Positions 18,804-27,684 of a stretch of DNA of 51,354 bases are shown piece after piece (within the stretch, counting starts at the first letter, position 1; the number at the start of each line of letters is the position of its first letter). Position numbers and translations under genes: made by a program. The notes below the pieces were generated by a model. The model was given only the letters and a program-made list of their open reading frames with translations. It made no database searches and was not told the DNA's origin. Source of the DNA: a virus; the IMG/VR virus record IMGVR_UViG_3300048114_000266, positions 1 to 51,354 of that record; one strand, written 5' to 3'.

Positions 18804-19607
18804 TTAGTCGTCGATACGGCCGTCGTGGGTCACGTCGACGTCGCGGTCGTCGACCCCGACCGCCTTCGACACGACGCTTTCGATACTGTCGTGAACGCTG
18901 TCGGCGTCGTCGTCGGCGACGCCGTAGACGTCGACCGTGTAGGCGTGGCCGGCCGGGAAGTCGATACGGGCACACTTCCCGACTTCTTCTTCGCGCGACC
19001 CCTTCGTGACGACACCGCGTTCGAACACGGCGCGGACTTCGACCGTGCGGTCGCGGCGGGCGTGGTATCCCTGAACGCGGTCGCCTTCCCAATCGACGCT
19101 GACGTCGTCTATGCGCATGGTTTTGAGGTTCCCCGACCGCTTCGAACGGTAGTGAACCGTGACCGAAACGCCGTCTTGAACCGCTCCCGTGACCGGCGCG
19201 GATTCGGGGAAGTCGACGCGGTAAACGGCGTCGACGTCGCCCACGCAACGGTACGAATCGCCGCGCGACCATAGGCGGCCGTCGTCGGTGTAGGCGTAGG
19301 CGTCACCGTCGTCGTGGAACGTGTAGGCGCTGACGCTGTCGAAGTCGACGTCGGACGGGAAGCGGTCGGCGTCGAACGAAGACGCCCGCGTGGGCTGAAT
19401 CGCACGCACGACCTTCGTGTTCCCGTGCGACGTCGTATATTCGAATTCGATAGCCGTCTTTCCCGCGTCGTCGCGCCGGGAACCGTCGACGAACGACAGC
19501 CCCGTAAACCGGGAATACTGCAAGTCGTCGGCGTCGACTTCGGTTCGGCGTTCGCGGTATTCGGCGGCAATCTTGTCGTCGGTCGGCTTGGTTGCGTTTT
19601 CAGGCAT
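18804..19607 (-). CDS. Hypothetical protein
   Basis: ORF track 18804..19628; ATG at 19607 sits directly on the promoter-leader cassette; begins MPENATKPTDD. Confidence 0.55.
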   Translation of the reverse strand: MPENATKPTDDKIAAEYRERRTEVDADDLQYSRFTGLSFVDGSRRDDAGKTAIEFEYTTSHGNTKVVRAIQPTRASSFDADRFPSDVDFDSVSAYTFHDDGDAYAYTDDGRLWSRGDSYRCVGDVDAVYRVDFPESAPVTGAVQDGVSVTVHYRSKRSGNLKTMRIDDVSVDWEGDRVQGYHARRDRTVEVRAVFERGVVTKGSREEEVGKCARIDFPAGHAYTVDVYGVADDDADSVHDSIESVVSKAVGVDDRDVDVTHDGRIDD

Positions 19608-19664
19608 GGGTTCGCACCTACTACCCACTAACGGGGCTACGGTAATAAGTGTGTCGCTGTTGGC
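19608..19664 (-). promoter_or_regulatory. Promoter-leader cassette
   Basis: Gene-strand cagcgacacaCTTATTAccgtagccccgttagtgggtagtaggtgcgaaccc-ATG. Confidence 0.6.
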
Positions 19665-19907
19665 CTACCCGTCTTCAAGTTCGCGTATCTTCCGATAACA
19701 CGCGCCGACGACGTCGCTTCGCGGTTCGCGGTCTTCTTCGTCGGCCAATTCGACTTCGGCGTCGTAGTAGGCTTGTGCCCGGTCGGGGTCGGCAATCCCA
19801 CGAATCAGCGCGGCGATAGTCATGTCATTCTTTTCAGATAGCATTTTCTTCGGTTCGCTATCGTAGCCCGGCCCGTCGGCGGCCGCGCGCTGATTCGCTG
19901 ACGGCAT
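19665..19907 (-). CDS. Small hypothetical protein
   Basis: ORF track, 80 aa; start overlaps the upstream stop by 1 nt. Confidence 0.45.
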   Translation of the reverse strand: MPSANQRAAADGPGYDSEPKKMLSEKNDMTIAALIRGIADPDRAQAYYDAEVELADEEDREPRSDVVGACYRKIRELEDG

Positions 19908-20131
19908 TAGTTTCGGGCCGTCAGTTTGACGCGGTCGGCACTATCGTCGGGGACAGCGCCGTCGGGCACGACGTAGACTTCGCCCGTCTTTTCCAAGTAG
20001 TCGAACGCTTCTTCGACGTCAGCGTCGTCGTAGTCGGCCGCGACTTGGGCCTTGACGTCGTCGACCGGCCGCCCCTTTGGGCCGCCGCCGGCAATCGCGT
20101 CTTTCAGCGCGGCAAGGGCGTCGCGGTTCAT
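19907..20131 (-). CDS. Small hypothetical acidic protein
   Basis: ORF track, 74 aa; ATGA overlap with the upstream gene. Confidence 0.45.
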   Translation of the reverse strand: MNRDALAALKDAIAGGGPKGRPVDDVKAQVAADYDDADVEEAFDYLEKTGEVYVVPDGAVPDDSADRVKLTARN

Positions 20132-21978
20132 TCGTCACCTCCTACGCCCTTGTCCCAATCGACGGGCGTCCCGCAACGTGGGCACCGTGGCCCGGCGTGC
20201 CCGCCGCATTCGTCACACGCGGCTTCGTCATGTTCGTCGCACGAACACGACGGGACGAAGAAGTCTTCGGGTAGCGACTTCCGTTCGCACCCGTGGCACA
20301 CGTAGGCCGTGACCGGCTTCGCGGCCGGCGTCGACGCGCCGACGTCTACCCGGACGTTCCAAATCCCGAAGCCCGTGTCGACTTCGTGCCATTCGCCGGC
20401 CTTGCCGTCACGTTGGGCGGCTAACGTCCCGTCGCCTTTGTCTTGTACCGCGATATGCACGTCGGCCGCTCCTTGCCGTCGCCGACTGTATGGGACGAAT
20501 TGGTCGAAGACGTCATTCCGTGGGAAGTTCAAGTCGCTTTCCGTGCCGAATTCCTTGCGGAAGTCTTCGATTTGTTCGGTCGTCGCCGGTTCGAAGCCCC
20601 ACGGTTCCCGCGCTTTCGCCCGGTCGATAATCGCGTCTAATTGGTCGCTTGTCCGGTCGTCGTCGGGGCCTTCCCACGCGATTCGGTAGGGTTCCGGCGT
20701 GTGTTGGGACATGATAGCCTGAACTATACGAAGGGCGTGTCGCGGGCCTTCGATTGGGTCGTGCGCCCATTCTTCCCCGTCGACGTCAGTCGCCGCATAT
20801 GTCCCTTCGGTCGATTCTTCGAAGTGACCTATACAGTCAGCGCAAAACGGTAGGTCAAGCGTGAACCCGCTTGGCAATTGATAGCGGCGAACCGTGTCGG
20901 TGTCGTTCGTACATTCGAACGTGACACACTTCGACCGAACCGGGACGTCGTTATTTTCGGCGATTGCGTCGGCGATTTGTTCGGCGACTTCGCGGGGGTC
21001 GCTGTCGGTCAAGAAGACGTCTATATTGCCTTCGACCCATTCTTCTATCGGGCCGACAGGCGGCCGGTCGGGACTTTCCAAATTGTCGACGGTGTCGTCT
21101 AAGGCGACACGAATGTCAGACGCGACCCGTTCGGCGACGTCTTCGGGCGTGTGTTCGTCGGTGATACCTTCCGACGCAAGGTCGTCGTACCGGGCGGCAA
21201 GGTCTTCGAACGCTTCGACCATGTCGACCGGGGCCGACGGGCCAATTTCTTGGTCGCGCCAACCGTCGGGGAAGTCCGACAGTCGGACGCCCAAGTCTTG
21301 AAGGCGGTCGTCAGCCCCGTCGCGGTCGGGGTCGGGAAGCGCGTGGTCGTAGTCGTCGACGACGTCGCGGAAGATACGAAGCGCGGACACCGACCGAAGT
21401 TCGTCGTGTAGCCGCGTGTCGACGTCGCCCAAGAAGGCGGCGACCGTGTCTTCGGACACGCCGACGACGTCGTCGGGGACGTCACGCACCGGGACTTCGA
21501 CGGGTTCGACGCGCGTTTCGACCGGACGAAGGTGAATCGTTAGTTCGTCAGTCGCTTGGGCGATTGTCGACCGCACGGCTTCGTCGGCACTAAGGCCGGG
21601 TTCGACGTCGACGTCGCCGTATTTCGCCCCGCCGTATGCCTTCGTCACGCGGACGTCGCCTTTTTCGATAAGCCGATTCACGAACGTCGGCCCCGTCGAC
21701 GGTTCGCCCATGCCGCCGTTCGCGAACGTTACGCGAACGTAATAGCGGGGTTCGTGGTCTTTCTCCCCCGGCGCGTGCGACCCCATTAGGTTCACCGACG
21801 CGATTCGGTCGTCGTCGGCGGCGGCCGCTTTGATAGCCGCGTGTAGTGCCGCATTCGTGGCGTGGTCGTCGCGCACACGCCGCCGGAAGTAGTCGTCGGC
21901 CGATACGGGGCGGAACGTGTCGCGGCCGTCAGCGCGTCGCGTGGCGGGCGCGTCGGCGACGTCGTCTTCGTCGGTCAT
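20128..21978 (-). CDS. Large hypothetical protein with C-terminal Cys-rich zinc-binding region
   Basis: ORF track, 616 aa; C-terminus CHGCERK ... CSCDEHDEAACDECGGHAGPRCPRCG. Confidence 0.6.
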   Translation of the reverse strand: MTDEDDVADAPATRRADGRDTFRPVSADDYFRRRVRDDHATNAALHAAIKAAAADDDRIASVNLMGSHAPGEKDHEPRYYVRVTFANGGMGEPSTGPTFVNRLIEKGDVRVTKAYGGAKYGDVDVEPGLSADEAVRSTIAQATDELTIHLRPVETRVEPVEVPVRDVPDDVVGVSEDTVAAFLGDVDTRLHDELRSVSALRIFRDVVDDYDHALPDPDRDGADDRLQDLGVRLSDFPDGWRDQEIGPSAPVDMVEAFEDLAARYDDLASEGITDEHTPEDVAERVASDIRVALDDTVDNLESPDRPPVGPIEEWVEGNIDVFLTDSDPREVAEQIADAIAENNDVPVRSKCVTFECTNDTDTVRRYQLPSGFTLDLPFCADCIGHFEESTEGTYAATDVDGEEWAHDPIEGPRHALRIVQAIMSQHTPEPYRIAWEGPDDDRTSDQLDAIIDRAKAREPWGFEPATTEQIEDFRKEFGTESDLNFPRNDVFDQFVPYSRRRQGAADVHIAVQDKGDGTLAAQRDGKAGEWHEVDTGFGIWNVRVDVGASTPAAKPVTAYVCHGCERKSLPEDFFVPSCSCDEHDEAACDECGGHAGPRCPRCGTPVDWDKGVGGDE

Positions 21979-22358
21979 TCGTCGACCCCCGATTCGGTGG
22001 CGCGGTTCGGGTCCGTTTCGTCGGGCGTGTAGTAGAACACGCGGACTTCGCTGGGGCCGTCGAACGTCAGTCGCCGGACAAGCGCCCCGTCGGGAACGTG
22101 GGGAAGTTCATCGACGACGCGGTCGGCGACGTCCCCAGCAATTTCGGGGTCGATTGCCCCGACCGCTTCTTCGGCGTCGTCGGGCGCGACTGAATCGCGG
22201 AAGACGTTCGCGAACATGTCTTCGACCACGCGTTCGATTTGGTCGTCGGGGAGGTTCACGCCGATTCGGGCGTTCGGCCCCGCGTCACGGTACTTCGATG
22301 GATTGCGGAACGCGCCGATAGCCGCGCGGACACGTTCGCGTAGGGTTCGCGTCACCAT
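21975..22358 (-). CDS. Hypothetical protein
   Basis: ORF track, 127 aa; upstream caccgacacgc-TTATTCTA about 30 nt before the ATG. Confidence 0.5.
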   Translation of the reverse strand: MVTRTLRERVRAAIGAFRNPSKYRDAGPNARIGVNLPDDQIERVVEDMFANVFRDSVAPDDAEEAVGAIDPEIAGDVADRVVDELPHVPDGALVRRLTFDGPSEVRVFYYTPDETDPNRATESGVDE

Positions 22359-22415
22359 ACGGTACGCGACTACCGACGGGCGTAGAATAAGCGTGTCGGT
22401 GTTACACCGCGCGGG

Positions 22416-22706
22416 CTAAGCGTCGGCGTAGGGAGCCTTTAGACGTTCGTCCGTCGCTTCGATTCGGACTTGGCGGTCGCCCCGTGTGGCGTACACGGGG
22501 AATTCGTGGGTCGACAGTTCATTAAAGACGTGGTCGGTGTCTTCAGCGTTCCAACTATCGCCAAGTTCGATTACGACGTCGCCCGCAATCCCGATAATGT
22601 CGTAATCGGGCTTTCCGTGAACGTTCGCGTCGAACCACGCTTCGACTTGCCGTTTCCAATAGTCGACATTTTCGACGGTCGTGTGTTCGAATGTGTTTTC
22701 GGTCAT
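22416..22706 (-). CDS. Hypothetical protein
   Basis: ATG at 22706 within ORF track 22416..22718; begins MTENTFEHTT; preceded by the cassette. Confidence 0.55.
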   Translation of the reverse strand: MTENTFEHTTVENVDYWKRQVEAWFDANVHGKPDYDIIGIAGDVVIELGDSWNAEDTDHVFNELSTHEFPVYATRGDRQVRIEATDERLKAPYADA

Positions 22707-22765
22707 AAGGGTTCGCACCTACTACCCACTAACGGCCATACGTACTTAAACCTGTCGCCGGTACA
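22707..22765 (-). promoter_or_regulatory. Promoter-leader cassette
   Basis: Gene-strand ggcgacagg-TTTAAGTA-cgtatggccgttagtgggtagtaggtgcgaaccctt-ATG. Confidence 0.6.
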
Positions 22766-23002
22766 CTACCCGTCGGCTTCGTCGGCGGCTTCGACAAGGG
22801 TGCGCGCTTCGGCAATCTTGTCGTCGACGCGCCCTTTGTGACTTCGAACGGTCCCGACAGCGACGCCAAGCGCGTTCGCGACGTGGGTTTCGGTCGCCCC
22901 AATTTCATACATGGCCACGAAGACGAACGCTTGCCGTTGCGATAGCGTCGTGTTTGATTCTATTACGTCGACGCGGTCGGTCAAGTCGTCGACGTCAGTC
23001 AT
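22766..23002 (-). CDS. Small HTH regulator (sigma-70 region-4-like helix-turn-helix)
   Basis: Internal ATG at 23002 of ORF track 22766..23272, overlapping the upstream stop as ATGA; contains LSQRQAFVFVAMYEIGATETHVANALGVAVGTVRSHKGR. Confidence 0.5.
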   Translation of the reverse strand: MTDVDDLTDRVDVIESNTTLSQRQAFVFVAMYEIGATETHVANALGVAVGTVRSHKGRVDDKIAEARTLVEAADEADG

Positions 23003-23535
23003 TCGTCTTCGTCGCTGTCGTCGTCTTCGCCCCCGCCCCACGTTGCGCCGTCGAAGCCGGACGTGTCTTCGTCGGGTAGGTCGGTCCCGTCGGCCCGACG
23101 CTGAAGTATCTCCCGAACGCGGCCGGTGACTTCCGTAACGTCGACGTCGTCGGGAACGCCGTCGCGGGCGAATTCGTCGACCCATTCGTCGACCGTCGTG
23201 TCGTCTTCGTCGTCTAACGCCGGGCATTCGAAGCCGCGACACATGCCCGGCCGGTCGTCGTAGACGCCACACTTCCCGTCGTCAGTCAAGTGTTCGCATT
23301 CGAACGAAATATTCCGGCCGCCGTCCGGGGCTTCGGTCACGAACCACCGCATATCAGGGACCGACCCGTCGGCCAACAGTAGTTGGTCAAAGCCGTCGTG
23401 ATTCAGGAAAAACGAATCGTAGCGTTGGCCTTCGCTAAGTCCGGCGAAGGATATTTGGCCTAACCTAAAACTACAACAGCGCCCACCGCAATCGGCGCAC
23501 GGGTTCACCGCGTCTTCGGTCGACATACCCGCCAC
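22999..23535 (-). CDS. Cys-cluster protein (YkgJ/CxxCxxCC-like putative metal-binding)
   Basis: ORF track, 178 aa; N-terminal CADCGGRCCSF, further Cys in ECEHLTDDGKCGVYDDRPGMCRGFEC, acidic tail. Confidence 0.55.
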   Translation of the reverse strand: MAGMSTEDAVNPCADCGGRCCSFRLGQISFAGLSEGQRYDSFFLNHDGFDQLLLADGSVPDMRWFVTEAPDGGRNISFECEHLTDDGKCGVYDDRPGMCRGFECPALDDEDDTTVDEWVDEFARDGVPDDVDVTEVTGRVREILQRRADGTDLPDEDTSGFDGATWGGGEDDDSDEDE

Positions 23536-23569
23536 GACGCGCGACGTCGGGTTTAGCGTGTCGGTGGGA

Positions 23570-23974
23570 TTAGTCGGCCGTCGCGGGCACCTTCGCGTCT
23601 ACGAACCACACACGCGGCCGTAGCGACACGCTATCGTAGACGACCGCTTGGGCGTCGACGGTGTCACCATATCGTCGGTCGACGCACCCGCGTAGGTAGC
23701 CCAAGACGTCGTCGGTCGCGTCGCCGTCAGCGTCGACCATGACTTCGAAGCCGAATTCGCTGTCGCCGTCGAACGCGCCTTCGACGTGCCATTCGACCGG
23801 GTCTAACACGACGCTGTCGACGCGGACGTGTTCGCGAATGTCGCCGGCTATCAGGTCGCCGTATTGGGTTCGAAGCGACGACACGACCACCCGACGCACG
23901 GCGTCGAACGTTTGGGGGTCGGGAGGGACTTCGAAGATAAAATCGGCGTGGTCGTCAATTTCCTTCGTCACCAT
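23570..23974 (-). CDS. Hypothetical protein
   Basis: Internal ATG at 23974 of ORF track 23570..24145 (upstream part Arg-rich); begins MVTKEIDDHADF. Confidence 0.5.
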   Translation of the reverse strand: MVTKEIDDHADFIFEVPPDPQTFDAVRRVVVSSLRTQYGDLIAGDIREHVRVDSVVLDPVEWHVEGAFDGDSEFGFEVMVDADGDATDDVLGYLRGCVDRRYGDTVDAQAVVYDSVSLRPRVWFVDAKVPATAD

Positions 23975-24039
23975 TATTCGGGCATTTGCCCGGTGGTAAC
24001 TTATGGTTCGGTGTCGCCGTGTCGACGCCGGCCGCGACG

Positions 24040-25233
24040 TCAGTCGAAGATTTGGTGCGTGTTCACGGCCAAGACCTTGCCGTCGTCGCGGTCGGGAAGG
24101 TCGACCCACGCGGGGGCGTAGTCTTCGGCGGTCGAACGGTCGCACACGCCGACGGCCTTTTCTTCGAAGTGAACGCCGTCGCCGGGGACGTCACCGAAGA
24201 CGACGTCGCCGTCGGCTTTCTCCCCGTCGGCCGCCCGGACGTCGATATTCGTGAAGTCGGTCGTGATTGCGACAGCGACGCACACGGGCACGTCGTCGGC
24301 GGCTTCCCACGCGGCGGCGATTGCGTAGGGGTCGAAGGACACGTCGGTCGGCTTGAACACGCCCGTCGGGTGGCGGCGGGCGAAGTCGACTTCGTCGCTG
24401 TCGTCGTCAGCGTCTTCGAACTTGGCAAGCATGTCGCGACCGACGCGGTCGACCGTGTCCGAATCGTCAGCGAAGTCGAACATGTGGCCGTGAATTTCGA
24501 CCGATTCGACGGTGCCGGTGTCGGGGTCGACGACGAAAGCACCGTGGCGACCGTTCGCGACCGTGCGAAGGTCGGCCCGCTCCCGAAGGACGTCAAGCGC
24601 GTCGCGAACGTCGTCGACGACGTCGTAATGTTCGGCGACGATACGGTCGGGTTCGAACCATTCCGCAAGGCCGGTCGCGAAGTCGAAGTCGGCCCCGTCG
24701 TCGCGCGTCGACACGAACCGGATAACGTGACGGTCGTCGTCGTTCATGGGTTCGTTCACCGCAAGGGCGAACGGGTCCGTGACGTCGGCGGCGGCGTCGT
24801 CAAGGTTGCGGCGGGCGCGTTCGTGGGCCGGCTTGTCAGCGTCGCCGTCGTCGGCGTCGGCGACTTCGACGACCGTGTCTTCCGGGTCGCCCTTGCGCGT
24901 GTGTTGGGTGACGTAGTCGCGACGCTTGTTCGACTTCGCCGCGCCGACCGTGATTGCGTCGGGGGATTTGTCGGACGCCGCGACGAAGAAGTATAGCGTT
25001 TGGTCGGTGTCGTCGTCGCTGACGTAGTGGCCACGAAGGGCGACTTCGGCCGAAGCGTTCCCTTGGCCGTGCCCGTTCACGTAATCGGTCGACACGACGT
25101 CGCCTTCGACGACGCGGTCGGTCTTGGTCGTGTATCCGCCCGTCAGCGACACGCGAAGGGTGTCGCCTTCTTCGACGCTGTCGGCAAGTTCCGCGAACGT
25201 TACGAAGTCGTCGGCTTCGGTGGTTTCGGTCAT
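24040..25233 (-). CDS. Hypothetical acidic protein
   Basis: ATG at 25233 within ORF track 24040..25245; begins MTETTEADDF; preceded by the cassette. Confidence 0.6.
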   Translation of the reverse strand: MTETTEADDFVTFAELADSVEEGDTLRVSLTGGYTTKTDRVVEGDVVSTDYVNGHGQGNASAEVALRGHYVSDDDTDQTLYFFVAASDKSPDAITVGAAKSNKRRDYVTQHTRKGDPEDTVVEVADADDGDADKPAHERARRNLDDAAADVTDPFALAVNEPMNDDDRHVIRFVSTRDDGADFDFATGLAEWFEPDRIVAEHYDVVDDVRDALDVLRERADLRTVANGRHGAFVVDPDTGTVESVEIHGHMFDFADDSDTVDRVGRDMLAKFEDADDDSDEVDFARRHPTGVFKPTDVSFDPYAIAAAWEAADDVPVCVAVAITTDFTNIDVRAADGEKADGDVVFGDVPGDGVHFEEKAVGVCDRSTAEDYAPAWVDLPDRDDGKVLAVNTHQIFD

Positions 25234-25296
25234 GGTGGTTCGCACCTACTACCCACTAACGGCCATACGTACTTAAACCTGTCGCCGGTACACTAC
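25234..25296 (-). promoter_or_regulatory. Promoter-leader cassette
   Basis: Plus-strand sequence 25234-25296 is near-identical to 22707-22768. Confidence 0.6.
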
Positions 25297-25408
25297 CCAC
25301 GCCCCAATTCCGGCCCGATTTGTGCGCGAACGTGCCCACCCGAATCGAAAACGCTGGGGCGACGTTCCGCGCTTGTTCACGACTATGCACCAATCGCGGC
25401 GTAGGAGG

Positions 25409-25567
25409 TTAGGGGCGCGCGCCACACGACCGACAGACGTCGACGGGTACGACGCAAGACGGCGCGGCGTGGGGTTCGAAACTGACGTCGTCGACGCTGA
25501 CGACGTCGCCGTTCCGTAGTTCGAACGCCGTCACGACGTCACCGCCACATTCGGGGCACGGCGTCAT
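25409..25567 (-). CDS. Mini zinc-ribbon protein
   Basis: Internal ATG at 25567 of ORF track 25409..25873; MTPCPECGG ... CRSCG. Confidence 0.4.
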   Translation of the reverse strand: MTPCPECGGDVVTAFELRNGDVVSVDDVSFEPHAAPSCVVPVDVCRSCGARP

Positions 25568-25866
25568 GCGAAGCCGGCGAAGGTGACGACCGTGCCGACG
25601 AAGACGACGAACGCGACCACGCCCGCGATTGCTCCCCCGCCGACGGCAATTGCGGCGGACATGACGACGGCGGGAAGGTCTAATTCCTGAATGAAACAGT
25701 AGCGTAGATACGCGGGTATGCCTTCGCGGTGGGTCGCGTCGGGCTTCAGACGGTGGCGATAGTCGACCACATGCACGAAGACGAACGTCGCGACGAATAG
25801 GAGCGTGCCGAACGCCGCGCCTATCTTCGCCGCCCCGACGACGGTCGCGGGGAGCGCGCCCGTCAT
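25564..25866 (-). CDS. Small membrane protein
   Basis: Internal ATG at 25866 of ORF track 25564..26136; hydrophobic helices; ATGA overlap with the next gene. Confidence 0.45.
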   Translation of the reverse strand: MTGALPATVVGAAKIGAAFGTLLFVATFVFVHVVDYRHRLKPDATHREGIPAYLRYCFIQELDLPAVVMSAAIAVGGGAIAGVVAFVVFVGTVVTFAGFA

Positions 25867-26105
25867 TCGCCACCCCACGACACCGCGACGACGTCGACGT
25901 CTGAATACAGGTCGCCGTCTTCGCCTTGCAGTTTTAGAATTTTGTTCGGTATCGCTTCCCATGACGGATAATAGCCGACCGACCCGTCGTCGAAGGTGAC
26001 TTCGTAGCCCCACACGACCGGCCATTCGAAGTCGTGAACGACGTCGCCCGGCCACGCGTCGTCGGGTGCATGGTGGCCGTGCGCCGTCGGGAGCGCGCCC
26101 GTCAT
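25863..26105 (-). CDS. Small hypothetical protein
   Basis: ORF track, 80 aa; shares its first codons (MTGALP) and about 25 nt of upstream sequence with the 25866 gene. Confidence 0.45.
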   Translation of the reverse strand: MTGALPTAHGHHAPDDAWPGDVVHDFEWPVVWGYEVTFDDGSVGYYPSWEAIPNKILKLQGEDGDLYSDVDVVAVSWGGE

Positions 26106-26254
26106 TCGTCGCCACCGTCTTCGGCCATTTCTTCAAGTATTTCGAACCATTCCGCCCACCTTTTGACTTCCCAACATACCGGACAATACGGCTTCGGGTC
26201 GTATGTCCGTCGGATTATCGCCCCGGCGTGCCCGCATTCGACTTCGACCGTCAT
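26102..26254 (-). CDS. Mini zinc-ribbon protein
   Basis: Internal ATG at 26254 of ORF track 26102..26299; MTVEVECGH ... CPVC; ends DGGDE. Confidence 0.4.
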   Translation of the reverse strand: MTVEVECGHAGAIIRRTYDPKPYCPVCWEVKRWAEWFEILEEMAEDGGDE

Positions 26255-26376
26255 TCGTCTTCGCCCCCGTCGTGGTCGGGGTCTTCGACCCACCCGCAAC
26301 TACCGCAATAGATATACGACGGGTCGTTCGACGCGCGTATCGCATTCACCGCGCCACATTCGGGGCACGACGTCAT
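26251..26376 (-). CDS. Mini zinc-ribbon protein (41 aa; below the ORF-track size cut-off)
   Basis: Hand translation MTSCPECGAVNAIRASNDPSYIYCGSCGWVEDPDHDGGEDE; start and stop both overlap neighbours as ATGA. Confidence 0.4.
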   Translation of the reverse strand: MTSCPECGAVNAIRASNDPSYIYCGSCGWVEDPDHDGGEDE

Positions 26377-27224
26377 TTGTCTTCGCCCCCGTCGTCGTCG
26401 CTGTCGCCGTCAGCGTCCGCGCTGTCGGCGTCGTCGACGTCGTCGGGAAGGTCGACACCGACCGACGTTATATCGACGTTCACGGTCGCGCCTTCGCCTT
26501 CGACGCTGACGTCGTGGTCGCCTTTGACGTTCACGTCTTGGCCTTCGCTAATCCGCTTGTATGTCTGAATCAGGTTCGCGACGCGGGCTTCTTTCCGTTC
26601 GACGGCTTCGTCGCCGAAGTCGACCCACGACTTGCCGGGGACCGGGTCAAGGTCGCCCCGGTAGTTGCACGGTTCCAAGACCTTCGGCTTGACCCGAATT
26701 TCGCCGTCGCACGTCCCGCCGGGTGGCGTTTTCTGTCGGTACTTCTTGCCACACTTCGGGCACTTGTAGATACTGACTTGTTCGACGCCGGGCGTCTTGT
26801 CGACGGCGCGCGCCAAGCGCATGTATTCGAAGCCTATCATGCTTTCCAGCATTTCGGCCATTTCTTCGACGCCGATACGCTCCCCGTCGGCCGTTTCGAC
26901 AAGGGCTTCGAATTCTTCGACGTCGTCGTCGTTCATGCGCTTACTGTAAAGGAGGTGTCGGGCGTTCCCGTTTTTCCACCCTTCCGGCGCACCGCCGGCC
27001 CCGCCGTGTTTCGAACATATCCCTGTATCGCGGTCGGTTCCCCACCCGGCGCGTAGCGTGCAATATGGAATATCTTCGCGCTTCCGACCGTTATTCGCTG
27101 TCGCGTCGGTCTTCGGATAGCCACAAATCGGATACCCGTTTTCGGGGTGAACCGGCACGCCGTCGTCGTTCGTCGGTACGTCGTCGTGAACGCCTTGCCA
27201 TACGCGGTCGGTGTCGCTTGCCAT
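26373..27224 (-). CDS. Hypothetical Cys-containing protein
   Basis: ORF track, 283 aa; CGYP ... CTLRAGWGTDRDTGICSKHGG and KCPKCGKK motifs; acidic tail. Confidence 0.55.
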   Translation of the reverse strand: MASDTDRVWQGVHDDVPTNDDGVPVHPENGYPICGYPKTDATANNGRKREDIPYCTLRAGWGTDRDTGICSKHGGAGGAPEGWKNGNARHLLYSKRMNDDDVEEFEALVETADGERIGVEEMAEMLESMIGFEYMRLARAVDKTPGVEQVSIYKCPKCGKKYRQKTPPGGTCDGEIRVKPKVLEPCNYRGDLDPVPGKSWVDFGDEAVERKEARVANLIQTYKRISEGQDVNVKGDHDVSVEGEGATVNVDITSVGVDLPDDVDDADSADADGDSDDDGGEDK

Positions 27225-27309
27225 AGGTATGTTACCCGATTGACTGAACGATACGGGTCGTTATTGGATTGCTTAGGCGTCGGGAGTGAAAAGGTGTCGG
27301 TGCCCGCGA

Positions 27310-27684
27310 TTAGGCGTCGACGTCGGGGTCGATAGCGTCAGCGACAGCGTCGCGCACCTTGTCGACAGTCGCTTCGTTCCACGACGCGGGGAAGACGACG
27401 GTCGCGTCGGCGACGTCATGCACGGGGAGCGATTCGGCGGCGTCGCGGTCGCCGGCCGATTGGCGCGGGCCGACGCCGATAGCCGACCGGAAGCCGTCGA
27501 CGTCCGCGACGTTTCGAAGTTCGTGTCGGGCGTAGTGTAGCGCGTCGGGTTCGACTGACAGCCCGACAGCGACGAAGGCGGCGTCGGTCTTGTCGACCGC
27601 GTCTTGTAGTTCGCGACCGAAGGCTTCCCATACGGTCGGGTCGTCGGCGTTACGTAGGTCGTCGGCGAAGTCGTGGGCGTTCAT
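27310..27684 (-). CDS. Hypothetical acidic protein
   Basis: ATG at 27684 within ORF track 27310..27696; preceded by the cassette. Confidence 0.55.
   Translation of the reverse strand: MNAHDFADDLRNADDPTVWEAFGRELQDAVDKTDAAFVAVGLSVEPDALHYARHELRNVADVDGFRSAIGVGPRQSAGDRDAAESLPVHDVADATVVFPASWNEATVDKVRDAVADAIDPDVDA

Noticed and set aside
18508-19272. Long arginine-rich ORFs in the track (this one and, for example, 4561..4968, 12943..13419 N-terminal part, 22766..23272 N-terminal part, 28213..28779, 31311..31946, 36831..37406, 50774..51331)
   Set aside because: Their Arg/Pro-rich, low-complexity translations are what out-of-frame or antisense reading of GC-rich, GAC/GTC/CGx-rich coding DNA produces. 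They overlap well-supported genes. Only the short acidic or Cys-containing C-terminal parts that begin at an internal ATG coupled to the upstream stop were kept.
23979-23992. Short palindrome cgggca-tt-tgcccg upstream of gene 23570..23974
   Set aside because: Arms of 6 bp with a 2-nt centre are too short to call a terminator hairpin or operator without further evidence.
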